From the NCBI GenBank assembly GCA_963746845.1, contig CAVVCZ010000007.1:92938-156937 (forward strand): a DNA stretch of 64,000 nt, in the 5' to 3' direction. A program made the translations under genes and the position numbers. The notes under the pieces are model-generated. The model was not told the origin of the DNA. It saw nothing but the letters and a program-made list of their open reading frames with translations, and did no database searches. This document shows, piece after piece, positions 36,428-45,847 of this stretch (position 1 is its first letter; every line of letters starts with the position of its first letter). This stretch comes from an uncultured Chloroflexia bacterium. GTDB lineage: Bacteria > Chloroflexota > Limnocylindria > Limnocylindrales > CSP1-4.

Positions 36428-37760
36428 CGGGGCCATGGTACGCGGGGCCGGAGCCCCACAGTCTCGGGATCAGGACCGCGTAGGCGATCCCGGCGACCCA
36501 GGCGAGCCCGATCACCCAGGCAAGGACGGCCGCGCTCGCCTCCGGCTGGCGGGAGCCGCCGGTGGCGCTCAGGAGGATCGCGGCGGGAACGCCGACGATG
36601 ACCGTCGCGACGGTTCCGTGGGCGGCCCACGTGGCGAGGCGCGGCAACGCGACGAGGAGGATCAGGATCGCGGCCTCGACGATCCAGGTGCCGGGTGAGG
36701 AGAGCTCGCTGCACGAGGCTGCGAACCGGCCGCAGCCGGTCTCCTCCCCGATCGTGATCGTCGCCAGGAGGGCGAGCGGCGGCCACGCGATGAGCGCCAT
36801 CGCGAGCCGGCCGGTCGCGCTCGAGGGGATGCGCAGGACCGGGCCGCGGAACCGAGGGCCGGGTGGCGGTTCCTCGACCCACGTGCGCGGCGGCCTCGGC
36901 GGTGCCCCGTCGCCCGCGGGAGGGTCGCCCGACCGGACATCGGTCTCTCGAGTGCCCTCAGCTTCGGCCCATGCCGTCCCCGCCCGGGCCGTGGCTCCTC
37001 CGGCGGCTTCGGCGCCGGCCGGTTCGCCGGATGGCGCGCCGGCCCGGGCATCGGTCCATGTCGGTTCGGCCGGGGGCGCTTCCGCTGCCGGGGCGTCGTC
37101 CGGCGCATCGTCGAGGATCCAGCCGGTCCCGCCGCGCCGCGCGCGCCGCTGGTACTCCGGCCCGTGCTTGCGCGGGTCGGCGTACTCCTTGGGGTTGATC
37201 GTCCAGTAGGTCCCGCTGGACGCGCCGTACCACGTCGCACCGCTCCAGCCCGGCTCGAACGGCTCCTCGTCGGCGGCGTCGTACGAAGTCGAGTACGGCG
37301 TGGCCTTGTTCGGGGCGCGGCGCCGGCCCGTGCGCCGGGCCCGGGTCGCCCCGGGCGCCGACCCATCCGTGGTCCCGGCCTTCCCGGCTGCCCCGGCGGC
37401 GCCCGCCGTCCCGTCCGCCCCCGGTGTGCCCACGCCTGGGCCGCGGGTGCTCGTCGGGCGCGCCCCCGGCCGTCGCCCGTCCGCCCGCCCCGACGCGCGC
37501 GCCCGATCGGGGTCGGCCCGCCATGGCTCGGTCGGCGGCGTCGACGTCCGTCCCGGCCGGCTCCCCGGCCGGCGACGCGTCGCGGGTCCCGCGAGCTGCT
37601 CGTACGCGGCCTGGATCGCGAGGAACCGCGGCACGGCGGTCTCGCCGGCCGTGTCGGGGTGGTTTGCCTTCGCGAGCCGTCGATAGGCACGGCGGATCTC
37701 GTCGAGGCTCGCGCCCGGGTTCAGCCCCAGGGTGCGCCACGGATCCGCGTTCGCCGTCAT
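36402..37760 (-). CDS. Membrane-anchored J-domain protein
   Basis: DPWRTLGL..AYRRLAKANHPD..F..IQAAYEQL; low-complexity middle; about 4 C-terminal TM helices. Confidence 0.85.
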   Translation of the reverse strand: MTANADPWRTLGLNPGASLDEIRRAYRRLAKANHPDTAGETAVPRFLAIQAAYEQLAGPATRRRPGSRPGRTSTPPTEPWRADPDRARASGRADGRRPGARPTSTRGPGVGTPGADGTAGAAGAAGKAGTTDGSAPGATRARRTGRRRAPNKATPYSTSYDAADEEPFEPGWSGATWYGASSGTYWTINPKEYADPRKHGPEYQRRARRGGTGWILDDAPDDAPAAEAPPAEPTWTDARAGAPSGEPAGAEAAGGATARAGTAWAEAEGTRETDVRSGDPPAGDGAPPRPPRTWVEEPPPGPRFRGPVLRIPSSATGRLAMALIAWPPLALLATITIGEETGCGRFAASCSELSSPGTWIVEAAILILLVALPRLATWAAHGTVATVIVGVPAAILLSATGGSRQPEASAAVLAWVIGLAWVAGIAYAVLIPRLWGSGPAYHGPDESPSRRP

Positions 37761-37832
37761 GGGCTCAAGGATGCATCGGCCCCGCCGATCGCGTCAGTGC
37801 CTGACCCACCCGAAGAGCGTGGGCGCGCCGCC

Positions 37833-39020
37833 TCAGATCCGTTCGCCGAGCGGCGCGAGCTCGAAATCGGCGATCGATTCGGCCCCGATCCGGCCATGCG
37901 GGTCCAGCTCGACCGGCCGGTGGTAGCGCGCCAGGACGCGCAGAGCCTGTCCGTCGAGCACCCCGGCCTGGGCGAGGGTCTCGACTGTGGCGGCCCACGT
38001 CCCGCGCTCGTAGCCGTCGCCGTCCTCGACCTTGAGGGCGATGCCGGACGCGGTGACCGGCGACGGAGCCGCCCCCGGCAGGAGCGCCAGGCCGCGGAGC
38101 GCCTCCATGCCGCCCTTGCTCACGACGCGGCCCTCGGCCGCCTTCATCAGTGACGTGTCGAGGCGGTCGCGTGTCCCGCCGACCATCTCCGGGTTGGCGA
38201 GCATCGCGTCGCGGACCTGGGTCAGCGCCGGGGCCAGCGACGAGCGGGCGTCCGACGACGGGACGGCCTCCGGATCCGCGAGGAGCGCATAGGCGCGGGC
38301 GATCTCGCGCAGCGGGAACGCATAGGTCGCCACCCCGCAGCCGTCGATCGCGGTCCGCAGCTTTCCCGGCGTCGTCCCGAACGCGCGCGCGATGACCGCC
38401 CGGTAGGCGACCTGGGCCGGGTGGTTGTCCAGCCAGTACGCCTCCGGGTCCCAGCCCTTGAGTCGCGCCAGCAGGAGGAACACGGAGTGCTGGCCCGAGC
38501 ACATGTGCCGGACGGGGCTCGCCTTCTCCCCGTCGCGGGCCAGGCGCGCCGCGGTCAGCGCGTCGAGCGGCATGCCCTCGGAGCCGGTCGCGATCAGCGC
38601 CTGGCTGACGCCGGCCCGCCGGTACATCGCCTGCAGGGTCCGGACATGGAGGTCCTCGCCCGAGTGCGAGCTCGCCATCAGGGCGAGCTCGGCCGGCTCG
38701 AGGTCGAACGCGTCGATCCCGCCGGCCTCGATCAGGGTCACGACGCCGAACGGCTTGACGCAGCTCCGGAGGTTGGCGATGCGGTCCGGGTCGCCCAGGC
38801 CACGGATCAGGGCGCCGTCGACGTCGACCTGGACGATGTCGCCGCGATGGACGCTCTCCTCGATCCCGCCCCGGACGTGGCGGACGAGAATCGGACCCGG
38901 CCGCCGACCCGTGGAACGTCCCGCACCCACGCGGGCCACGGCCGCCCGGCCAAGGCTGCCGGCCGTTCGCGAGCCGGTGGTCGGAGGCGGGGCCGGAAGG
39001 AGATCGTCGGTCGTCGTCAC
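37833..39020 (-). CDS. Class 3 (Rhizobium etli-type) asparaginase homolog
   Basis: RGGIEESVHRG, RSCVKP, SHSGE, CSGQH, DGCG, SKGG, KVEDG; start GTG 39020 after TATCCT. Confidence 0.88.
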   Translation of the reverse strand: MTTTDDLLPAPPPTTGSRTAGSLGRAAVARVGAGRSTGRRPGPILVRHVRGGIEESVHRGDIVQVDVDGALIRGLGDPDRIANLRSCVKPFGVVTLIEAGGIDAFDLEPAELALMASSHSGEDLHVRTLQAMYRRAGVSQALIATGSEGMPLDALTAARLARDGEKASPVRHMCSGQHSVFLLLARLKGWDPEAYWLDNHPAQVAYRAVIARAFGTTPGKLRTAIDGCGVATYAFPLREIARAYALLADPEAVPSSDARSSLAPALTQVRDAMLANPEMVGGTRDRLDTSLMKAAEGRVVSKGGMEALRGLALLPGAAPSPVTASGIALKVEDGDGYERGTWAATVETLAQAGVLDGQALRVLARYHRPVELDPHGRIGAESIADFELAPLGERI

Positions 39021-39167
39021 GGGTCCCGCGAGGATACTGCGGTCACGACTCCTTGCGGCGCCCAGCGGCGACCCCGGCGATGTCGCCCAGCCGACCGCGC
39101 TTGCTAGCATTCGGGGGCCGGTCCCGCCGTCGTCGACGCCCCCATCGCGTCGCCCGGAGCGCCCAGG

Positions 39168-39833
39168 ATGGAGGTCCTCGTGTCGCCCCCAGCCACCCTC
39201 CACGTCTCGAAGCATCCCGCCGTCCGGCACAAGCTGGCGATCCTCCGCGACGAGCGGACGGAGCCGAAGAAGTTCCGCGAGATCGTCCGCGAGCTGTCGT
39301 GGCTGCTCGGCTACGAGGCGCTGGCCGACGCCCGTGTCCGCCCCCTGACGATCACGACGCCGATCGAGGAGATGCAGGCGGAGCAGCTCGGGGACCGGAT
39401 CGGGCTCGTGCCGATCCTCCGGGCCGGTCTCGGCATGGTCGACGCGATGCTGGAGCTGATGCCCACCGCCGAGGTCTGGCATCTCGGCTTGTTCCGCGAC
39501 GAGCGGACCCTCCGGCCGGTCGAGTACTACAACAAGCTGCCGGACTCGGCGTCGGTCGACCTGTGCCTGATCCTCGACCCGATGCTCGCGACCGGCGGCT
39601 CGGCGACCGCCGCGATCGAGGTCCTGAAGCGGTGGGGCGCGGTCAAGCCGGTCCGGATCAAGCTGGTGAACCTGATCGCCGCCCCGGAGGGTGTGGCGGC
39701 GGTCGCGGCGGCGCACCCGGACGTCGAGATCCACTGCGCCGCGCTCGACCGCCAGCTGAACGACAAGGGCTACATCATGCCCGGCCTGGGAGATGCCGGC
39801 GATCGCCAGTTCGGGACGGGCAAGGCGGGCTGA
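39168..39833 (+). CDS. upp: Uracil phosphoribosyltransferase
   Basis: [43 protein letters not shown]. Confidence 0.98.
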   Translation: MEVLVSPPATLHVSKHPAVRHKLAILRDERTEPKKFREIVRELSWLLGYEALADARVRPLTITTPIEEMQAEQLGDRIGLVPILRAGLGMVDAMLELMPTAEVWHLGLFRDERTLRPVEYYNKLPDSASVDLCLILDPMLATGGSATAAIEVLKRWGAVKPVRIKLVNLIAAPEGVAAVAAAHPDVEIHCAALDRQLNDKGYIMPGLGDAGDRQFGTGKAG

Positions 39834-39840
39834 GTCAGGC

Positions 39841-39869
39841 CGCCGGCGGGCTGGGTCAAGCCGCCGGCG
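39841..39869. terminator. Hairpin between convergent genes (possible bidirectional terminator)
   Basis: CGCCGGCGG-GCT / AGC-CGCCGGCG inverted repeat. Confidence 0.45.
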
Positions 39870-40410
39870 TACGGAGGAACACCGTCGCGAGGACCCACAG
39901 GGCACCCAGCGACACGAGGATCAGAGTCGCGGCCGACACGGCGGCCCGGACGCGACGAGTGGAGAAGTTCGTCGCGCCGGCGAGGCCGAGGGAGGCGAGC
40001 GCGACCAGCCCGATCAGCCCGAGGTTCACGATCGCGAAGCCACTCCCGGTGACCAGGCACACGACAGCGGTGAGCGCGGTGATCCCGACCCCGAGGCCGA
40101 CGAAGACACGGCGGACCGTGGGCGAGAGCGCCGGGACCGCGTCCTCCTGGTTCGAGCCGGCCATGGCCCAGAGCCCGATCCCTGCGGGGGCGCCGAGGAC
40201 CGCCGCAAGGCCGGCCGCGGCCACGCTGAAGACCTCGCCGAAGATCGCGCGGAACCAGCCGCCGACCTCCGGTTGTTCGCCGAACAGCCGGATCGCGAGG
40301 CCGAGCGCCAGCAGCACGGCGGCCGCGATCACCAGCATCACGAGGACGGTCCTCGACGCGATGACGAGGGCCCTGTGGTGCGACCGGGCGGCAGGGATGG
40401 CGATGTCCAC
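39856..40410 (-). CDS. Hypothetical membrane protein (~5 TM)
   Basis: Hydrophobic helices; GTG 40410 preceded by TTGACC-17-GACACT. Confidence 0.7.
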   Translation of the reverse strand: MDIAIPAARSHHRALVIASRTVLVMLVIAAAVLLALGLAIRLFGEQPEVGGWFRAIFGEVFSVAAAGLAAVLGAPAGIGLWAMAGSNQEDAVPALSPTVRRVFVGLGVGITALTAVVCLVTGSGFAIVNLGLIGLVALASLGLAGATNFSTRRVRAAVSAATLILVSLGALWVLATVFLRTPAA

Positions 40411-40534
40411 GGCCGGGTGAGTGTCCGGGCGACCCCGCCGCGGGTCAATCGCGACCTTCGTCCCGTCCGCGAGCCCGGACGATCGGCGTCCGATCGGGCC
40501 GGCCGAAGCGCGCGACCGGCTAGGATGTCGCGCG

Positions 40535-42136
40535 ATGACGACACCGGCGCGCACCCTCACGCTCGGCGGGACGAGCTACCCGCTGATCCTGCCGAGCATC
40601 CGGGACCCACGCCTGCACGTCGCGGCCGTGATCATCACGATCCACGTCCTCGGCCAGGTCGGGCTCCACTTCCGGGTGAGCGTGCCGCAGATCCTCGCCG
40701 CCATCCTGACGACCGCGATCATCGAGATCGCCCTCACGTTCCGGTCGAGCCGTGCCTTCGTCTGGCCCGCGAGCGCGATGCTCACCGGCAGCGGCGTCGC
40801 CCTGATCCTGCGAGTCGTCGGCACCCCGCCGGATCAACCGTGGAACACGGACGGCTGGTACATCTTCGCGGGCGTCGCCGCCTTCTCGCTCCTGACGAAG
40901 TACGTGATCAAGTACCGCGGCACGCATGTCTTCAACCCGTCGAACATCGGGCTCGTCGTCGCGTTCATCGTCCTCGGCAGCACGATCATCGAGCCGCTCG
41001 ACTTCTGGTGGGCCCCATTGAACGGCTGGATGCTCCTCGCCTACACCGTGATCATCGGTGGCGGGCTGCTGATCACGCGGCGCCTCCGCCTGCTCGCCCT
41101 CGCGGCGACGTTCTGGGTCGCGCTGACGATCGGCGTGGGGCTGCTCGCCGCCTCGGGCCACTGCATGACGGCGAACTGGGCGTTCTCACCGGTGTGCGGG
41201 TTCGACTTCTGGCGGGTGATCGTCTTCTCGCCCGAGGTGATGATCTTCCTGTTCTTCATGATCACGGACCCGAAGACGACGCCCTCGGGGCAGGTCGGCC
41301 GGGTCGTGTTCGGCCTGCTGGTCGCGGTGTTGAGCACGCTCCTGCTCGCGCCGCAGACGAACGAGTTCGGCACGAAGGTCGCGCTGCTGTCCGGCCTCGT
41401 CCTCGTCTGCGCGGCACGTCCGGTCCTCGACCGGCTGATGCCGGAGCCGCGCTCGACCGCGGACGACATCGGCCGGTTCGCTCGTCGGCTGGCGACGGGC
41501 GAGAACGCGGGCGCCGGCGGCGGGGTCGTCCGGGGCGCCGGCCGCGTCGCCCTGGCGTTGGTGGCGGTGCTGGTCCTCGGGGTCGGCATCGTCGCGGCCG
41601 GAACCCCCGCCCGGCTGCCGGTCCCGGACTCGGCCGAGATCCTGGATCGCGTGCCGCACCAGGTCGATTCGTCGACGTTCCCCGAGATCACGGTCGACCA
41701 GGAGGTGGCCGACTGGAACCACACGATCGCCGGGCCGGGCGCCCAGGAGATCGCGCTGACCCTGGCCGAGAACCTCGAGATCGAGAACCAGGCCCTGCTC
41801 CAGGGCGACCCGACGATCCTCACCGCCGTCGATCACGGCGACCGTCTGACGGAGATGCAGAAGCGGCTCGCCGACGCGAAGGCGACCGGACGGACCGTCC
41901 TGTCGCACTACCGGTTCGACACGATGGCGATGCGGCTGCTCATCCCCTTCGGCGTGCAGACCGGCCTGAGCCTGGGTCTCGACTCCACCGGCACCGTGAC
42001 GCAGGACACCTACGACGCGTCGGGCCACCTCGTGGATCGACGGGACGTGCCGTTCGCGAACACCTTCGCGATGCGTCGGGCGACGGGCGATCGCTGGCTG
42101 AACGTCGGCGTCCTGCCCCTGCCATCGGGCGGCTGA
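40535..42136 (+). CDS. NqrB/RnfD-superfamily (UnbU-like) membrane protein with C-terminal extracytoplasmic domain
   Basis: DPRLH, WPASAMLTG, KYVIKYRGTHVFNPSNIGL, FLFFMITDPKTTP. Confidence 0.8.
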   Translation: MTTPARTLTLGGTSYPLILPSIRDPRLHVAAVIITIHVLGQVGLHFRVSVPQILAAILTTAIIEIALTFRSSRAFVWPASAMLTGSGVALILRVVGTPPDQPWNTDGWYIFAGVAAFSLLTKYVIKYRGTHVFNPSNIGLVVAFIVLGSTIIEPLDFWWAPLNGWMLLAYTVIIGGGLLITRRLRLLALAATFWVALTIGVGLLAASGHCMTANWAFSPVCGFDFWRVIVFSPEVMIFLFFMITDPKTTPSGQVGRVVFGLLVAVLSTLLLAPQTNEFGTKVALLSGLVLVCAARPVLDRLMPEPRSTADDIGRFARRLATGENAGAGGGVVRGAGRVALALVAVLVLGVGIVAAGTPARLPVPDSAEILDRVPHQVDSSTFPEITVDQEVADWNHTIAGPGAQEIALTLAENLEIENQALLQGDPTILTAVDHGDRLTEMQKRLADAKATGRTVLSHYRFDTMAMRLLIPFGVQTGLSLGLDSTGTVTQDTYDASGHLVDRRDVPFANTFAMRRATGDRWLNVGVLPLPSGG

Positions 42137-42147
42137 GCATTCCGGGC

Positions 42148-42912
42148 GTGCGGTGTCCGTGGCGCGTGACGCTCGTCGCGGTGACGGCCGTGACGCTGGC
42201 AGCGTGCAATGCGCAGGCACCGGCGCCGACGGGAACCACGAGGCCGACGGCGCGAGAGCATTCGGGGGCCGGCGCATCGACCGTCCCGTCCGCGAAGCCG
42301 TCGGCCGACCCGGCCACCGCCGCGGTCAAGGCATTCGTGGCCTTCGCCTCGAGTCCCGACGCGTCCTATCAGGCGACGTTCACCGGGTCCAGCCGCCACA
42401 CGGTCGACGTGCTCCCGATCACGAAGGGCGTGCTCCAGGTCAGTGGTCAGGACGTGCTCGTCCGCGCAACGTTCGCGTTCCCGAGCGGGACGAAGGCCAC
42501 CGTCGAGCACCGATCCGTCGGCGGGAAGGGCTGGGCCCGCGAGGTGCCCCACGCCTGGCAGCGACTGTCGGGGTTCGGTCCGGCCCAGTCGATGGCCGCG
42601 TTCCCCGCGGTCCGCTCCCTGTCCGACGTTTCCTACCTTGGACCGGCGGGCGTCGCGGGCAAGACGCTGTACAAGCTCCACGTCGCGTCCGCGATCCTCA
42701 ACCCGGTGCTGATCCCGGCGTCGAATCTCACCGACGTCGTCGTCACGGACCCGAACCTGACGGTCCTCGTCGACGCGGCCGGGCGACCGGTCAGCGGCAC
42801 GGCGGAGATCATCGGCAACGGCCGCGTCTCCGGCCAGCTCCAGGAGATCGCGATCGACCTCGAGATCGCGTTCTCGGAGGTCGGTCAGCCCGTGACGATC
42901 ACGGCACCCTGA
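42148..42912 (+). CDS. Hypothetical lipoprotein (possibly LppX/LprAFG-like beta fold)
   Basis: Lipobox TLAAC, P/S/T linker, beta-rich domain ending FSEVGQPVTITAP. Confidence 0.65.
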   Translation: MRCPWRVTLVAVTAVTLAACNAQAPAPTGTTRPTAREHSGAGASTVPSAKPSADPATAAVKAFVAFASSPDASYQATFTGSSRHTVDVLPITKGVLQVSGQDVLVRATFAFPSGTKATVEHRSVGGKGWAREVPHAWQRLSGFGPAQSMAAFPAVRSLSDVSYLGPAGVAGKTLYKLHVASAILNPVLIPASNLTDVVVTDPNLTVLVDAAGRPVSGTAEIIGNGRVSGQLQEIAIDLEIAFSEVGQPVTITAP

Positions 42913-42976
42913 CGCGGGACGGCGGTCATCGCGCGGTCCGGATCGATCGCGAAGGACCGCCGCACGCGATCGCCGG

Positions 42977-44287
42977 TCAGGGGACTCGGGGGTCGAACAG
43001 CTCCGATGGTGCGAACCCACCGCCGTCAGGGGTCGTGCCCTCGACAACCAGCGTCCGACCGTCGGACAGTGTGGTCGCTGATCGGACGTAGCCGGCCTGC
43101 GGCCCGCTGGCCACGTCGGTCCACATCCCGGTCGACGGGTCGAGCCGTGCAGCGGAGCCTCCACCGCCGGTGACGAGCACCGAGCCATCGGGCATCGCGA
43201 CGGCGACCAGAGAGTTGCCGTGCTGTGCCGGGACCGGACCCGTTTCCGTCCAGGCGCCGCTGACCGGGTCGTAGATGTCGGCGCTGGCCCGCCGTTCGCC
43301 ACCGACGATCAAGACCCGGCCGTCGCGCAGCGTGAGCGTCGCCGCGAAGACGCAATTCACGTGCATGCTGCCGGTCGGCGACCATGAGTCCGTGGCGGGG
43401 TCGTAGATCTCGACGGTGTTCTGGAGCGAGGTCCCCTCATTCCCGGCGAACCCGCCGATGGCGAGGATCCGCCCGTCCCAGAGCACCGCGAGGGCCGCAT
43501 TGGCGCGTCCAACCTGCATCGGGCCGGTCGCCTTCCAGGTGCCCTTCGCCGGGTCGTAGATCTCGGCGCTGGGCAGCAGGTCCGGACCCTCCGCCCCGCC
43601 GACGACCAGGACGCGCCCGTCCGGCATTGCGATGGATGACGGCTGATGACGCGGCTGCACGAGAGCCTTGGTGGCACTCCACGTTCCGGTTGTCGGGTCG
43701 AAGAGTTCGCCGATGCCCGCGCCGCCGCTGTTGGAACCGACGACCAGCACGAGACCGCCGGGCAGCCCCGCCGCGGCAGGCAGCGCCCGGCCGTAGGCCA
43801 TGTCTTCGGTCGCGAGCCACGACCCACGTGCCGGATCGTAGATCTCGGCCGTCGAAGTCTGCCCGTTCGGATCGGCTCCACCGACGACGAGCACCCGGCC
43901 ATCGGCGAGCGTCGTCGCGGAGTAGGACGCCCAGTCGTGGGCGCGGCTGCCGGTCGTCGTCCAAGCGACCCGCGGGGTGGCGACTGACGGGCTCGCGACG
44001 GGCGGTGGGTTCGCCGAGGCGGGTGGGCTCACGCCGACCGACGACGACGAGAACGGGTTCCATAGGAACAGCGTGCCCCCGACCACGAGCACGCCGATCA
44101 CGGCGGCCGCGGCCAGACGGGCTGGCATCGACATCGTGTTGAACCTCCGCGTCACCGCTGAACGGCGACGCTGATGGGTGTGGTCGATCTCATCGAGGGC
44201 CTCATCGAGGACGCGATCGGCCAGCTCGTCCGTGCCCTGGACGAAGAACGCTTCGAGCATCCAGTCGAGCTCTTGCTGGTCGGTCAT
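42977..44287 (-). CDS. Putative anti-sigma factor with extracellular kelch-repeat propeller
   Basis: ATG overlaps the sigma stop; short cytoplasmic domain DRVLDEALDEIDHTHQRR, 1 TM, ~6 repeats of TL.DGRVLVVGG..AEIYDP..W. Confidence 0.85.
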   Translation of the reverse strand: MTDQQELDWMLEAFFVQGTDELADRVLDEALDEIDHTHQRRRSAVTRRFNTMSMPARLAAAAVIGVLVVGGTLFLWNPFSSSSVGVSPPASANPPPVASPSVATPRVAWTTTGSRAHDWASYSATTLADGRVLVVGGADPNGQTSTAEIYDPARGSWLATEDMAYGRALPAAAGLPGGLVLVVGSNSGGAGIGELFDPTTGTWSATKALVQPRHQPSSIAMPDGRVLVVGGAEGPDLLPSAEIYDPAKGTWKATGPMQVGRANAALAVLWDGRILAIGGFAGNEGTSLQNTVEIYDPATDSWSPTGSMHVNCVFAATLTLRDGRVLIVGGERRASADIYDPVSGAWTETGPVPAQHGNSLVAVAMPDGSVLVTGGGGSAARLDPSTGMWTDVASGPQAGYVRSATTLSDGRTLVVEGTTPDGGGFAPSELFDPRVP

Positions 44288-44838
44288 CGCGGTTGCCCTC
44301 CGACCACCGAAACGGTGCGCTCGTCGGCCTCGATGGCCGCGCGCATCGCCCGGTGGGCGTAGTGAAGTCGGGAACGGGCCGTCCCGATCGAGATCCCGAG
44401 TCGTTCGGCGATCTCGGCATGGGACAGGCCGAGGTAGTGCGTGAACACGAGGACGGCCCGCTGATCGGGCGGAAGCCGTCGGAAGCCGCGCTCGAGGCGG
44501 TCCCGGTCGTCGACGGTCAGGACGTCGTCCACGTCGCCCTGCATCTCTGTGGGCAGGATCCGAACGTGGGCGTTCCAGGCCTTGGACCGGCGGGCCTCGG
44601 CGTAGCACGCGTTGACGAGCAGGCGTTGGATCCAGGCATCGAACCGGTCCGGATCGCGGAGGTCGGGCAGCTCTCGCCAGGCGATCACCAGCGTCTGCTG
44701 CACGGCGTCCTCGGCCCGTCCGATGTCTCTCAGGATCCGTTGGGCGATCGACATGAGCCGGTCGCCACGCGTCCGGGCCAGGATGGCGAATGCCTCCCGG
44801 TCCCCGCGCTGCGCCTGCTCCACGAGGTCGCGATCCAC
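44284..44838 (-). CDS. ECF RNA polymerase sigma-70 factor
   Basis: AQRGDREAF, AEDAVQQTL..AWR, RFDAWI, LPPDQRAVLV, EIAERLGISIGTARSRLHYA. Confidence 0.95.
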   Translation of the reverse strand: MDRDLVEQAQRGDREAFAILARTRGDRLMSIAQRILRDIGRAEDAVQQTLVIAWRELPDLRDPDRFDAWIQRLLVNACYAEARRSKAWNAHVRILPTEMQGDVDDVLTVDDRDRLERGFRRLPPDQRAVLVFTHYLGLSHAEIAERLGISIGTARSRLHYAHRAMRAAIEADERTVSVVGGQPR

Positions 44839-44878
44839 GTCGCTCGCCCCTCCGCGGCGTCCATCGGGGACGCCTTCC

Positions 44879-44914
44879 GACTCTACAGAGTCAAGGGGCG
44901 AAGGCGACGTTCAA
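44879..44914 (-). promoter_or_regulatory. Candidate ECF autoregulatory promoter TGAAC-N16-GACTC
   Basis: AAC-type -35; inverted repeat GACTCT-ac-AGAGTC over the -10. Confidence 0.45.
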
Positions 44915-44932
44915 TTGTCGGACGGCCGGCGA

Positions 44933-45610
44933 TCAGACCTGGGGAACGACGATCACGTACTTCCCGACCCACGCCCGGTCGAACCTTGCCGTGGCATCGG
45001 TCTCGAGATACGTGTTGAACGGCGAGTACCTGGCGCCGACGTACCAGCGATGGGTGAAGCCGTTCGGGTCGCTGATCGCGATGTTCCCGACCGTGAACTC
45101 CGTCGTCTGACTCGGGTTGTCCGAGGCCGTCACGCCGGTCATCACCACCGCGTGCTTGCCGTGCTGGACCAGCAGCCCGACCGGCTTGCCGGTCCACGCG
45201 ATCGCGGCCGCCGCCCGGGTCAGGGCGTCGCCACGGCTGTCGTAGGCCTCCCAGCGATAGGCGGTCGGTCGCCACGTGTAGCGGGAGTAGTAGCTCGCGG
45301 CCCTTGCCCAGCCGAGCGGATCGGAGCCCCGAGCCGATTCGCCGAGGGCGTCACGCGTCTGGGCGAAGCGAAGGATCGACCGCTGCGACAGGTTCAGGTC
45401 GTGCCGATCGAGCATGTTCTCCATCATCGCGACCGCCGCAGCCGTGCAGGTGCGGCTGTCGACCTGGTGTTCGTACGAGCCGACGAAGTAGACGTCCCGG
45501 CTGTAACCGGTCGCGGCACCGGCGGAATGGATCCCCAGGCTCGTCAGCCAGATCGCGGCGAGGGCAGTGACGAGGAGCAGGCGGCGTGGGCGGCGGAGGC
45601 GGTCGGGCAT
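44933..45610 (-). CDS. Secreted C39-like (papain-fold) cysteine peptidase homolog
   Basis: Signal peptide; QVDSRTCTAAAVAM (Q..C), KHAVVMTG (H), ISDP (D); SD GGAGG. Confidence 0.7.
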   Translation of the reverse strand: MPDRLRRPRRLLLVTALAAIWLTSLGIHSAGAATGYSRDVYFVGSYEHQVDSRTCTAAAVAMMENMLDRHDLNLSQRSILRFAQTRDALGESARGSDPLGWARAASYYSRYTWRPTAYRWEAYDSRGDALTRAAAAIAWTGKPVGLLVQHGKHAVVMTGVTASDNPSQTTEFTVGNIAISDPNGFTHRWYVGARYSPFNTYLETDATARFDRAWVGKYVIVVPQV

Positions 45611-45783
45611 GCCCTTCCTCCCGTAGGCGGCCGGAGACGCCCGAACGGCCAGAACGGAAAGGCCGGACGCTGGGGCGTCGGAGCCGCTGGCTCGACCCCG
45701 ATGGGTTTCGGGAGAGCCATCCCAGTCTAGGGGGTCGGGCAACCCCGGCCGCCCTGCAGGTTCATGACAACGGCGCGAATCGA

Positions 45784-45809
45784 ACGGCCGGCCCTCATGG
45801 GCCGGCCGT
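45784..45809 (-). terminator. Hairpin downstream of the ABC substrate-binding gene
   Basis: ACGGCCGGCCC-tcat-GGGCCGGCCGT perfect 11-bp stem. Confidence 0.6.
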
Positions 45810-45847
45810 CGTTGGCTCGGTTGGAGCGGGCCGGTGGCTCGTCGCCG

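Noticed and set aside
45640-45760. c-di-GMP-I or c-di-AMP riboswitch before the C39-like gene
   Set aside because: Only short fragments resemble the consensus and they are in the wrong order; no GCAAA or GNRA/receptor pair
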